Below, one piece after another: positions 9,689 through 19,452 of a stretch of 64,000 nt of DNA. The position numbers and the translations under genes are program-made. The stretch comes from Epithemia pelagica (lineage: Eukaryota > Protista > Bacillariophyta): positions 372,001 through 436,000 of the forward strand of contig OX337238.1 of the NCBI GenBank assembly GCA_946965045.2, written 5' to 3'. The first letter of the stretch is position 1. Each line of letters begins with the position of its first letter. The notes below the pieces were generated by a model. That model was not told the DNA's origin. It did no database searches and saw only the letters and a list, made by a program, of their open reading frames with translations.

Positions 9689-12600
9689 GTGTCCATACCA
9701 GGTGACGAAGACACCGTATCCAGTACCGCTGATCTTCCAACACCTGTAGCCAATCCGACGAACGAAGACGCCCTTGTTGACGAACAAGGACAGAGTATTG
9801 CTGCTTCGGAATCGCAGATTGTTGAGTCTCCACCAGGTCCATCTAACAACGACACCCAACATCAGGGTTTGATTGTTGCATCTCAACGACAAAGAAGGAA
9901 GACCACCATGAGTGACGAGACTCCTACTCCTCCACCCGGTATCGATTACCGCCCCGATCCGCCGAAGATTGGCGGACTGGTCCGAAGCAAGAAGGACGAA
10001 TGGGTGGCCTGGACTGGAGGAAAACCCACGTACAAGTGGGATGGGTTAGAGGTAAAGGCGACAGAACCACTGCGAACGATGCAGATACGTACCCTGACAG
10101 ACAAGAAATACTACGATCGTATCTCCGGGCCTGACGAAAAGTACAGCAAGAAGACCGGTGATTTTAGCCGTCTCCAGGATGAAATCAAGCAGCACTTGAT
10201 TAAACACGGAATGGACTCGATCGCATACCTCCCCAATCCTCATGATCCCAAAGACATGTTGTTCATTGTAATCGAGCACCCAAAATATACGATGAGCAAG
10301 GTGAAGGAATTGATGAAGACGCAGATTGTGAGTTATGACAAGTACGACAGAAACAACGACGTCAGTGCCCAGGACTACTTACTGGACTGTTTGGAAAAGT
10401 CCTTTAGGCACGAAGTTGAGGACCAGAGTCGGGAAGTGACGTGCTTCCCCGAGCTCTTCATGGTCCTTGTCACCATCGTGACACATGATTCCCCGCAGCA
10501 CTGGGAACAAGTGAAGCACGAGATGCGAGCTCTTGTGCCTCACAAGTACCCTGGCCACGATATTATGGCGTTGACTAAAGATTTTTCGGAAAAAGCGCGA
10601 CCGTTGATCGCAGCTGGACAGTACGACCACACTCTGACTGGGAACCTCCTAGCTAACATCCTCAAGACTGAATGGCCTGACACGCCTAAGTTCGACCTAC
10701 TTACTCTGAACAAGCGTGTCAATGACGGTATTATCCATATTCGGTTTCTAGATCGCTCTATCGGAGACAGTCATATGAAGAAAGAGCGTCTTTTGTACAC
10801 AGATGTTATCGAAGAGGCGAACAAGAAGTACCTAATCTGTGTCAAGGAAGGTGAATGGTCACCTAAACGAAGTTCTCCTGATTCTAAATCCGTCCCCTCG
10901 TCGTTCACCGCTAACAAGGCTACAGTTTCGAAGACTAAGAAGAAACGGCATTCTATTATGACTCAAGCTAGTCTTAATGCACTCATTCAGACACTTCGAA
11001 ACCCGCCGGGTTCCAATCCGACTCCAAGCAATGGACCAAACACCCAGCCTGGCTCCAATCACCGCGACAGGAAGGGAAAGCCGATTCACAAGCGTAACAA
11101 CACTCGCGTTGATCGATCGCAGGCTCACCCTTGGAAGAAGATCCCTCCTGCTCCTGGTGCACCTGAGCAGCAGACGATCCAGGGTCAGCGGTGGTTCTGG
11201 TGTGGTGTTTGTACCCGTTGGAACACCTCTCACACCACGGCAAACCATATTGTTGGGTATAAAAAGTCTCCTGGCGACAAGGACAAAGCAAAACCTCGGA
11301 ATGCCACCCATGCGAAGAAACTTGAACTCAAAGTATCCGCTTGGCAGACCGAATTCGATCTCGACCAACTTGATCCTCCTGCCTTGCCCGTCGCTGCTTT
11401 ACCCGACTGTATGTCCCTTGCCTCTGTGGATTGTTGCGAAGCTCTGATGAATGATGATGATGATTGTTGCGATTCGGTTGATTGTTGCAAGGACACCGTC
11501 GACCACTACGTCTTCTTCACCATTTGGGACATGTCACCATCCCATGACAGCTCGTCCATGGACTGCAGTTCCGATGATGACACTGACCGGACACCGCCTA
11601 TTCCGTTTGACGAATTGCGCCGCATCCTGTCACCCAACAACAATGAACCAACCGCCACCAATCACAACGATAGCGACCACAAGGATGACGACAATGAACC
11701 ATGCACTTGCAACACAGAAACAAAAGAAAAGAAAACAAGCACAAATAATGAAACAGTCTCGATCTGTCGACCTCACAAGGACGATGACAACTCCACTGAA
11801 AGTGAAGACAACGAAGATGAGTATGCTGATATGCCACCACTTGTGGCACAAAAACTCACACCAGTTGTGGCAAACAAAGACTTACCGAGTTCGGCAAGTA
11901 ACAAGGAAGAAGAACAAGAAAAGAAAAAGGGAAAGTTGAGTGGATCGCATGCCAAGACACTGTACTTCGACAGGTGGGACGACATCGATATGTGGTACGG
12001 CAGTGACCACAGTCCCACAGACCAACGTACCTTCTCTAGCGTTGAAGCCAACGCAGCTGTGCACGACAAAAGCTTCGACAGCACCAAGATCAAGCAGGAG
12101 GACGAACAGGATAGTGATGAGAATGCTGGTGGTTTGGACACAACCATGGATACACAAGAAGGATCGCTTATCAGCCATGACAACAGCAGCGACCTTACCC
12201 ACCTCAAGAACCTGCAAGAAGGACTCCTGGACGACTCGAAGCCGCCAGCTCTTCGGCGACCCGAGATCTCACCGGTGACGAACCCGACGCCATTGCGCCA
12301 TGACCAATTCCCGACTCCTGCCACTGAAGCTCTCGAGCAGTGGACTCGAGGTTTTGTACCTCGGCCACGTCCACGTGATCCACGCATCTCCATCGAGCAA
12401 GAAGCCAACACAGCAAAAAGAGACGGAATGAGGTACGAAAGGGCGCAGTACACGGTGTACGCTCTTCGACATCAAGAACCAGAACTTACCGTGGCTGTCG
12501 CCTACCAGCGAGTCAAGGACGAAGAATGGTTCGTGGGATGGTTCATTGATGGAACCAGAATCCCGAACCATCCGAATCCAGCTCCCGTCTGGCCCGAGAT

Positions 12601-14818
12601 GAGTGTGCACTCAACTCCTCTTCCTTGCCTTCTTCGCTCTCGAATCATGGAGCACCGACCCATTGACCAGAAATATGATCAATTTGTCTCGTTCTTGAAT
12701 CAGAGTAACGCCACGCCTTCTCCCGTGAATATTTCCGATCCACCGCCCGTCGATCTACATTCAAGAAGCACAGCGTGTGAGACCTTGGAAAACATGGCTG
12801 ATGAATCTGTCTCATCCACCTCTTTCGTCGACAACAGTCAACTTGGTGCACTGTACGTACCAACAGATACCAGCGAAACCGACGACGACTCTAGGACCAA
12901 AAAGCGCAGCGAAAATCCATTTGCAAAATACTATGCCTGTGCTGCAATGGTGGATCTCGACGACACCACAAACTTGCAAGGAGACGATGCTGCAGAAAAT
13001 GAAGCCGAACTGGCTCGCCATCCTGACACCATGGATGAGCTGATCACAAGTGCGGCCGACCACTTATGGTTTTTGTATGCTGAGTATTCCCATGCAGCTG
13101 ACCCGGGACTCAAAGATCTTTTGACTCTTCGGATTCAAAATACCCGTCGCATGATTCGCGACATGTGGTATTTTATTCTTGAGTGCGAACAAACACCAGG
13201 ATCGCCCTACGAACATGCGGGATTGAGTCTCGTACATGATGTAGCCTATGAACTGACGAAATGTGGACCAATTTCACCACCGTGGTACAACTTGGATCGC
13301 CCCTGTCTTACGGTCACTCCCGATCGAGTCTCTTCTAATGACTCCATCTCTACTGTAACTGTTGACCAAGACAGGTCCTATCCTACAGATGACCACGCGA
13401 AGGTTTATATGGCTGCCTTTGACATGTCATACACCGAGTCAACCCGCCGTGGTCGCCCTTACGTGACTCCGCCACGCGCTCCCGCGTCTGTCGACACTAC
13501 TGTTGACTCAAGATCCCTGAGCCGTCACATGTTACGTGCTAGCTTCATCACGTTGGTTGTGGTGGTACCCAGTGTCCTCTATCTTCTGCCATCACCCCAA
13601 CCCTCCACCTATGCAACTACAGTCTTCACAGACGGAATGGCCTCTCTCATGTCTAGCTTTGGCTACTACTGGATGGGAACCAAGACTTTATTTTATGGAC
13701 TATGGGCTTTGCTCTGGAGCGTTTTGGCCCATCCATCATGCCAACCTGCCTTCTTTTCTTGGCTTTCCTGCTGGATTGTTGTTTTGATCTTACTTCCCAA
13801 GACCATTTCCCGCGTGACAGGCCATCCTTCTCCTTTGTTCAACTCCACATCGACACCTTCCGTCCACCATTTCCGTGCCACTCTCCATCCGGTACCTCCG
13901 CCCTCTTCTACCTTATCATCTGGTGGATTGTGGAGTGCGGTGAGCAATGGACTGGCCTATGCAATGAGCCGCCGTTTCCCGCTCATTTACATCCGTTTGA
14001 TTGTTGGGTCGTTTTGTAAGTTGTTGCATCTGGACTCTTTTGGGTCCACTCACGCTGCTCCTCCGTGTGCACCAGTCAGTACCCGTCCGAAAAGAGGGAA
14101 GAACACTGCATTCCCTTTGAATCACCCTCGTGTCAAGCGAAAGCCGTCGTTTCGATCCGTGACTTCTTCACCGGCACACAAACGAGCGCGTATGCGACAA
14201 CGGATGCCGCGACCAATCCCTCTCCGTCGTCGCGCAACTCCGTACAACAACAACAACAACAACAACAACTCAGCACGTACCAGGTTTAATCCACCCATGG
14301 GAACCCGCAGCTCTGTGATTCCCACGAATAGCTACCAGCGCTTCCATTACAACAACCGAACCTCGTTCACGACGCCCAATCGTCGTAACAGAAACACCGA
14401 TAACCACTCACCCACTCGAAGTGAAGCCTTGAGGAGCAACCGACAGTCATCAACCCCAAGACAAGTCTTTGGTTTGACTGCATACCTTGAGGAACTCCGC
14501 TCCCTCAACGCCTTTCAAGTCTTGGGGAACACACGCAACTACGACTCATGGAGGTACATCACTCCTGCTGGCTTGGAAGCGTGCCTTCAGGATCCAATGG
14601 CCTTGAGGAGCGCAATGCCGAATGACGCGTCTTATCCCATCATCTGGGATAGTGGCGCCAGCATCTCCATCACCAACAACGAAAAAGACTTCGTGGGCAA
14701 GATCGAACCACTACCAAACTTCAAGGTGAAAGGCATTGCCAATCGCATGAAAGCGATTGGCCGCGGAGAGGTCTTGTGGAGCATCCTTGATTCTTCTGGG
14801 AACATCCGACAACTTTGA
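9689..14818 (+). CDS. Element A Gag + long insert + N-part of aspartic protease
   Basis: Gag-like region, C-x2-C-x6-H-x4-H knuckle, IIWDSGAS protease motif; ends at in-frame TGA 14816-14818. Likely ATG 9910. Confidence 0.9.
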   Translation: MSIPGDEDTVSSTADLPTPVANPTNEDALVDEQGQSIAASESQIVESPPGPSNNDTQHQGLIVASQRQRRKTTMSDETPTPPPGIDYRPDPPKIGGLVRSKKDEWVAWTGGKPTYKWDGLEVKATEPLRTMQIRTLTDKKYYDRISGPDEKYSKKTGDFSRLQDEIKQHLIKHGMDSIAYLPNPHDPKDMLFIVIEHPKYTMSKVKELMKTQIVSYDKYDRNNDVSAQDYLLDCLEKSFRHEVEDQSREVTCFPELFMVLVTIVTHDSPQHWEQVKHEMRALVPHKYPGHDIMALTKDFSEKARPLIAAGQYDHTLTGNLLANILKTEWPDTPKFDLLTLNKRVNDGIIHIRFLDRSIGDSHMKKERLLYTDVIEEANKKYLICVKEGEWSPKRSSPDSKSVPSSFTANKATVSKTKKKRHSIMTQASLNALIQTLRNPPGSNPTPSNGPNTQPGSNHRDRKGKPIHKRNNTRVDRSQAHPWKKIPPAPGAPEQQTIQGQRWFWCGVCTRWNTSHTTANHIVGYKKSPGDKDKAKPRNATHAKKLELKVSAWQTEFDLDQLDPPALPVAALPDCMSLASVDCCEALMNDDDDCCDSVDCCKDTVDHYVFFTIWDMSPSHDSSSMDCSSDDDTDRTPPIPFDELRRILSPNNNEPTATNHNDSDHKDDDNEPCTCNTETKEKKTSTNNETVSICRPHKDDDNSTESEDNEDEYADMPPLVAQKLTPVVANKDLPSSASNKEEEQEKKKGKLSGSHAKTLYFDRWDDIDMWYGSDHSPTDQRTFSSVEANAAVHDKSFDSTKIKQEDEQDSDENAGGLDTTMDTQEGSLISHDNSSDLTHLKNLQEGLLDDSKPPALRRPEISPVTNPTPLRHDQFPTPATEALEQWTRGFVPRPRPRDPRISIEQEANTAKRDGMRYERAQYTVYALRHQEPELTVAVAYQRVKDEEWFVGWFIDGTRIPNHPNPAPVWPEMSVHSTPLPCLLRSRIMEHRPIDQKYDQFVSFLNQSNATPSPVNISDPPPVDLHSRSTACETLENMADESVSSTSFVDNSQLGALYVPTDTSETDDDSRTKKRSENPFAKYYACAAMVDLDDTTNLQGDDAAENEAELARHPDTMDELITSAADHLWFLYAEYSHAADPGLKDLLTLRIQNTRRMIRDMWYFILECEQTPGSPYEHAGLSLVHDVAYELTKCGPISPPWYNLDRPCLTVTPDRVSSNDSISTVTVDQDRSYPTDDHAKVYMAAFDMSYTESTRRGRPYVTPPRAPASVDTTVDSRSLSRHMLRASFITLVVVVPSVLYLLPSPQPSTYATTVFTDGMASLMSSFGYYWMGTKTLFYGLWALLWSVLAHPSCQPAFFSWLSCWIVVLILLPKTISRVTGHPSPLFNSTSTPSVHHFRATLHPVPPPSSTLSSGGLWSAVSNGLAYAMSRRFPLIYIRLIVGSFCKLLHLDSFGSTHAAPPCAPVSTRPKRGKNTAFPLNHPRVKRKPSFRSVTSSPAHKRARMRQRMPRPIPLRRRATPYNNNNNNNNSARTRFNPPMGTRSSVIPTNSYQRFHYNNRTSFTTPNRRNRNTDNHSPTRSEALRSNRQSSTPRQVFGLTAYLEELRSLNAFQVLGNTRNYDSWRYITPAGLEACLQDPMALRSAMPNDASYPIIWDSGASISITNNEKDFVGKIEPLPNFKVKGIANRMKAIGRGEVLWSILDSSGNIRQL

Positions 14819-17800
14819 ATTCCTGCTTTCCTGGTACCCAAGACAAGTGTCAGACTGTTATCGACACAGAGTTTGCTTCAGACGTATGACGGCGAAAAGA
14901 TTGTGCAAGACGGTAAAACATTGGTACTCACCGGTTTACCAGAAGACACAACACGAACACAAGTCACTGTCGTTGTGAATCCGCAAAACAATCTCCCAAT
15001 GTCGTACGGTTACAACCATGACGAAGTAACCAAGAGTTCGCATGCTCTCAACACAATCGTCAACGAAACATCAGAACAAAACAAGAATCTTAGTGAGACA
15101 CAGAAGGAACTGGTACGTTGGCATCTTCGCCTTGGGCACCTATCGTTTCGTCGAATCCAGTTCATTATGAGAACTGGAATTCTCGCAAAAACTGAGCAAC
15201 AGCGTCGTTTGCACACAAAAGCAGCATCACTCACCGACTTACCTCTTTGTGCAGCGTGTCAATATGGAAAACAAAAGAGACGTCCATCACCTGGAACCTT
15301 GAGTTCCATTGTAAAAGACAGACGGGGAATAACAAAAGCCGGAAATCTTTACCCTGGTCAGTGTGTAAGCGTAGATCACTTTGTATGCTCCACTAAAGGA
15401 CGCTTATTTACATCCCGAGACAAGTCAAAATCTTCCGACCTGTACATGGGCGGCGCAATCTTTGTAGACCACGCTTCGGGGTACACCTGGATTGGGTTCC
15501 AGAGTCATCTAAACACCCATGAGACCCTACGAGTAAAAGACTCATTCGAACTTTTCTGTAGAGATGTGGGAGTTGTGCCCCTACAGTACCTAACTGACAA
15601 TGGCTCTGCCTTTACATCGGCTAAATATACGGAGTCCCTACAAAATTTTGCACAAACTTATCGATTTGCGGGAGTTGGGGCACATCACCATGCCGGTATA
15701 GCCGAACGTGCAATACAAACCATTATGTCTATAGCAAGAACGATGATGCTACACGCGGCCATACAATGGCCCGAAATGGCTGATCCTTCTCTATGGCCAA
15801 TGGCAGTCGCACATGCAACTTTCTTAAGTAACCATGTCCCAAGCCTCGACACGGGCATAAGTCCCCATGACTTGTTTACACGAACAAGATGGGAGCAACG
15901 GAAATTCCATGACTTACATGTGTGGGGTTGTCCCGTCTATGTATTAGACAAAGCCATGGCTGACGGTAAGAAGCTTCCACGATGGAAGCCCCGCTCCACG
16001 CGAGGAATTCTCATGGGCCTAAGTACCCGTCATGCTACAACTGTACCACTGGTACTCAACCCCAATACGGGGTATATTACCCCTCAATTCCACGTTGTCT
16101 TCGACGACTGGTTTAGTACAATTGCCACATCCGTTGAAGACCTTCCTGACCTTACCAGTCACGAATGGGACCGACTTTTTGGTGACTCACACTACCAATA
16201 CATTGAGGACGATGATGATCTAGACTATGAGTCTCCAGCTCCACATGATGTTCTACATCATTCCGACTTTGGCAACAAACAGACCACTGTAACTCGATCT
16301 ATTGAGACTCACGACCCCCCTTCCGTCCTCCCTAGTCATTCTAACTCTCCTGGTATCTACCCTCTTAATACTCCTGGCTCTGCTCCAGGCGAGAAACCGG
16401 TGCCGTTGTCAGAGGGAGTAACCCCTCTTTCTCCATCGACGCCCCTTTCTCAGCGGGAAACAGTCCGTACCACTCCTACCAAACTACCTACTATCGCAGA
16501 GCAACCTTCTCCTATGACCCCTTCTTTGCCTGCACCCCCTTCTTTCGAGCCATCCACTCCTCAGAGGGAGCAACCACAATCGCCTCGCATCCCTACTCCA
16601 GCTCCCACACCTGGTCCAACTATGGTGTCTAGGCGTTCCGGACGAACTATTCGACCGCCCAAACGCTATGTACAAGACCTATGTAGTTTCCCAGCCTCTG
16701 TCCAGTCTAGTGACCTTCTCTCCATGATGAAAGCTTCCTTATCAGATCCTGACACCCTCAGTTATGATGAAGCTATGCGAGATAAGGATCTCACCAAGTG
16801 GCAGGCTGCAGCCAGCAAAGAAATCCGAGAACTAGAAGAAAAGGGAACATGGGTAGAGGTGCAGCAGAGTGAAGCAACTACGCGAATTTTACCCGGTACC
16901 TGGGTGTTTAAACGCAAAAGAACCCCTGACGGAGAAATTTCCAAGTTCAAAGCACGATATTGCGTTCGCGGTGACCTCCAGGAGTCAGAGCAAGAGAACT
17001 ATTCCCCTGTAGTCAACTGGAGTACTATTCGCATTGTACTCACCCTCAGTCTGATTCTAGGATGGGAACTTGCATGCATTGACTTCAATAATGCTTTTGT
17101 GCAAGCCACTTTGAATGAACCCGTATGGATCCATCTGCCTAGAGGATTTCGATCATCGTTAAAAGGAACTACATGCCTTAGGTTGGTCAAAAGCCTCTAT
17201 GGATTGTCATCGGCACCTAGACTGTGGTATGACCATCTAATACAGGCCCTCAAGGAAGACGGATTCCAAATGAGTAAACACGACCAATGTTTACTGTACA
17301 AGGAAAACATAATCATCTTTCTATGGGTAGACGACTGTGGAGTGTGCGCACCTACAATTACCTTAATTGACGAACTAGTTGAACGATTGAAGAAAAAGGG
17401 CTTATCACTGGAAAAAGAAGGAAATTTCACCAATTATTTGGGGATCAACTTTGTCCGAGATGAAAAGACCAATTCGATCACCATGACTCAAAAGGGACTT
17501 ATCAACAAGGTAATTGACGCTACCAATATGCAGGACTGCAACCCGAATTGGACCCCTGCTACACAATTAGCATTGGGAAGCGATCCTGATGGGGAACCCA
17601 TGAAAGAGAAATGGCAATACAGCTCTATCGTGGGAATGTTACTGTACCTTGCAACTAACACCCGACCAGATATAGCCTTCGCTGTGAGCCAAGTAGCACG
17701 ATTCAACTCTAATCCGAAGAAATCACATGCGGCAGCAGTGAAAACTATAGTGCGCTATCTAGCACGCACCAAGGATAAAGGAACCATCTTTACGCCAACT

Positions 17801-18325
17801 AAAGATTTCAAGCTAGATTGCTATGTAGATGCCGATTTCGCAGGACTACATGGAAGGGAGCCTCAAGACAACCCAGTAAGTGCTAAGTCCAGGACTGGTT
17901 ACATTCTTAGCTTTTGTGGGTGTCCTCTTATTTGGCGGTCGCAGCTACAATCATCAGTTGCACTAAGTACCCTCCAAGCCGAGTACCACGCTCTCTCCCA
18001 AGCCATGCGAAGTGTGATAGCTACAAGACGCGTGATAGAGGAACTTCTAGCAAACCTAGACCTGCCATTTGAGAAGCCGACCATCTTCTCTGAAGTATTT
18101 GAAGACAATACAGGTGCCTTCTATCTTGCAACTAAGCAAAGATTGACACCTAGGACAAAACACTTCAACACGTACTTACACTTCTTCTGGGAACATGTAG
18201 GTGATCACCCAGGCGGAGTGAAGGTAAGCATGGTAGGAACCGAGGAACAAAGGGCAGATTATTTCACCAAGTGTCAAACTCGGGAACTCTTCGAAAAGTG
18301 CCGTAAGCTCAATCAAGGATGGTAA
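14819..18325 (+). CDS. Element A pol (rest of PR, integrase, RT, RNase H), same frame as upstream ORF
   Basis: WHLRLGH...CAAC; VSVDHF/YLTDNG/AERAI (DDE); KARYCVRGD, LYGL, WVDDC; YVDADFAG, FEDN, RADYFTK. Confidence 0.95.
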   Translation: MPAFLVPKTSVRLLSTQSLLQTYDGEKIVQDGKTLVLTGLPEDTTRTQVTVVVNPQNNLPMSYGYNHDEVTKSSHALNTIVNETSEQNKNLSETQKELVRWHLRLGHLSFRRIQFIMRTGILAKTEQQRRLHTKAASLTDLPLCAACQYGKQKRRPSPGTLSSIVKDRRGITKAGNLYPGQCVSVDHFVCSTKGRLFTSRDKSKSSDLYMGGAIFVDHASGYTWIGFQSHLNTHETLRVKDSFELFCRDVGVVPLQYLTDNGSAFTSAKYTESLQNFAQTYRFAGVGAHHHAGIAERAIQTIMSIARTMMLHAAIQWPEMADPSLWPMAVAHATFLSNHVPSLDTGISPHDLFTRTRWEQRKFHDLHVWGCPVYVLDKAMADGKKLPRWKPRSTRGILMGLSTRHATTVPLVLNPNTGYITPQFHVVFDDWFSTIATSVEDLPDLTSHEWDRLFGDSHYQYIEDDDDLDYESPAPHDVLHHSDFGNKQTTVTRSIETHDPPSVLPSHSNSPGIYPLNTPGSAPGEKPVPLSEGVTPLSPSTPLSQRETVRTTPTKLPTIAEQPSPMTPSLPAPPSFEPSTPQREQPQSPRIPTPAPTPGPTMVSRRSGRTIRPPKRYVQDLCSFPASVQSSDLLSMMKASLSDPDTLSYDEAMRDKDLTKWQAAASKEIRELEEKGTWVEVQQSEATTRILPGTWVFKRKRTPDGEISKFKARYCVRGDLQESEQENYSPVVNWSTIRIVLTLSLILGWELACIDFNNAFVQATLNEPVWIHLPRGFRSSLKGTTCLRLVKSLYGLSSAPRLWYDHLIQALKEDGFQMSKHDQCLLYKENIIIFLWVDDCGVCAPTITLIDELVERLKKKGLSLEKEGNFTNYLGINFVRDEKTNSITMTQKGLINKVIDATNMQDCNPNWTPATQLALGSDPDGEPMKEKWQYSSIVGMLLYLATNTRPDIAFAVSQVARFNSNPKKSHAAAVKTIVRYLARTKDKGTIFTPTKDFKLDCYVDADFAGLHGREPQDNPVSAKSRTGYILSFCGCPLIWRSQLQSSVALSTLQAEYHALSQAMRSVIATRRVIEELLANLDLPFEKPTIFSEVFEDNTGAFYLATKQRLTPRTKHFNTYLHFFWEHVGDHPGGVKVSMVGTEEQRADYFTKCQTRELFEKCRKLNQGW

Positions 18326-18365
18326 ACTGAGTCTACGGCATGTCGTAATTCCCCAATCACTCCAT

Positions 18366-18374
18366 GAGAGGGAG
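18366..18374 (+). promoter_or_regulatory. Polypurine tract of element A
   Basis: GAGAGGGAG immediately before the 3' LTR. Confidence 0.8.
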
Positions 18375-19125
18375 AGTTAAAGTACGGCTAGCTATAGACC
18401 TAGAACTACCTTTCGAAGAACAACACCTAGACTCTATGAGAGTACACGTCTACCATGACATAGCTGTGCCATCTGTCCTGCAAGCTTGTGCGAACACGTG
18501 CGTGGACGGCTGACGAAGCTGTGCCCATGTATGTGACATGTCCGAGCCTGCGGCACAATGTTCCCTCTCTGAATAACCCTGGTGTTTTGTGATACACATT
18601 TACATATGCCCACTACTATCTACGACAGGCAAAAGCCGGACGAGCTCCACTCGGAAGCAAAGTCCAGGCTATGTCTCACCTAAAACATACACGTCTCCAA
18701 CTTACAACAAGATTCACCAAAGGATCATGGATACTTGGTTGAAGCCAATAGTTCCGCCTCTATCCCTCACAGTTTGAGTATATGGAACAGGTTCTATGCA
18801 CTAAGAGAACAGGTTCCATTAGTCCCTAAACGTAGAGCGTCTGTAGCGCCTTACCTAGAAGTCAAAGATGTTTCTTCACCGGGCCCAACGATTCGGGAAA
18901 AGTAAACTCTTTATGACTGAAAGGAAGTAATGAAAGAGCAATCATGAGAAACAAACACTTTCGATAGAATAAGCTCACTTCTTATAAAAACCTGAAAGTT
19001 GTAAGCAACCTTTAGGAAGGAGTCAACCATACTAACCTAGTACAAGGTGAGGGCCCCATCGTGTACCGAGTGAACTGGTTGACTACAGAAGTTCAGAGCA
19101 CTAACCATCACGTCTTACGTTAGTT
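18375..19125 (+). repeat. 3' LTR of element A, main part (last 18 bp displaced to 26222-26239)
   Basis: 751 + 18 = 769 bp, equal to the 5' LTR. Confidence 0.95.
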
Positions 19126-19299
19126 TGTATAAATCCTGCCACTACACGCTACAACACGGTGTATACGGCGTGCAACAAGTGGCTAGATCAAAATTATGAC
19201 TAGAAAACTAGATGCGTAGCAGCATATGTAGGCGATGCATATTCGCCAATATGCGACCATGTATCCGCCAATATGCGACCTGTTGGCGGGATTTATTCA
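19126..19299 (-). repeat. 3' LTR of element B
   Basis: 174 bp identical to 26044-26217; internal duplicated CGCCAATATGCGACC. Confidence 0.95.
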
Positions 19300-19452
19300 G
19301 TCCCCGCGAGCTAGATCGGAAGCATTTCGACTAGGTCGCCCACGACTTGTTTCAGCAGAGGCCGGTCCATCAGGACTATTTTTCTCAATTAAGAGGGGTG
19401 TCGATTCGGACAATAAAAGAGGGGTGTGAGGACAATGAATTCGATCATGTAA

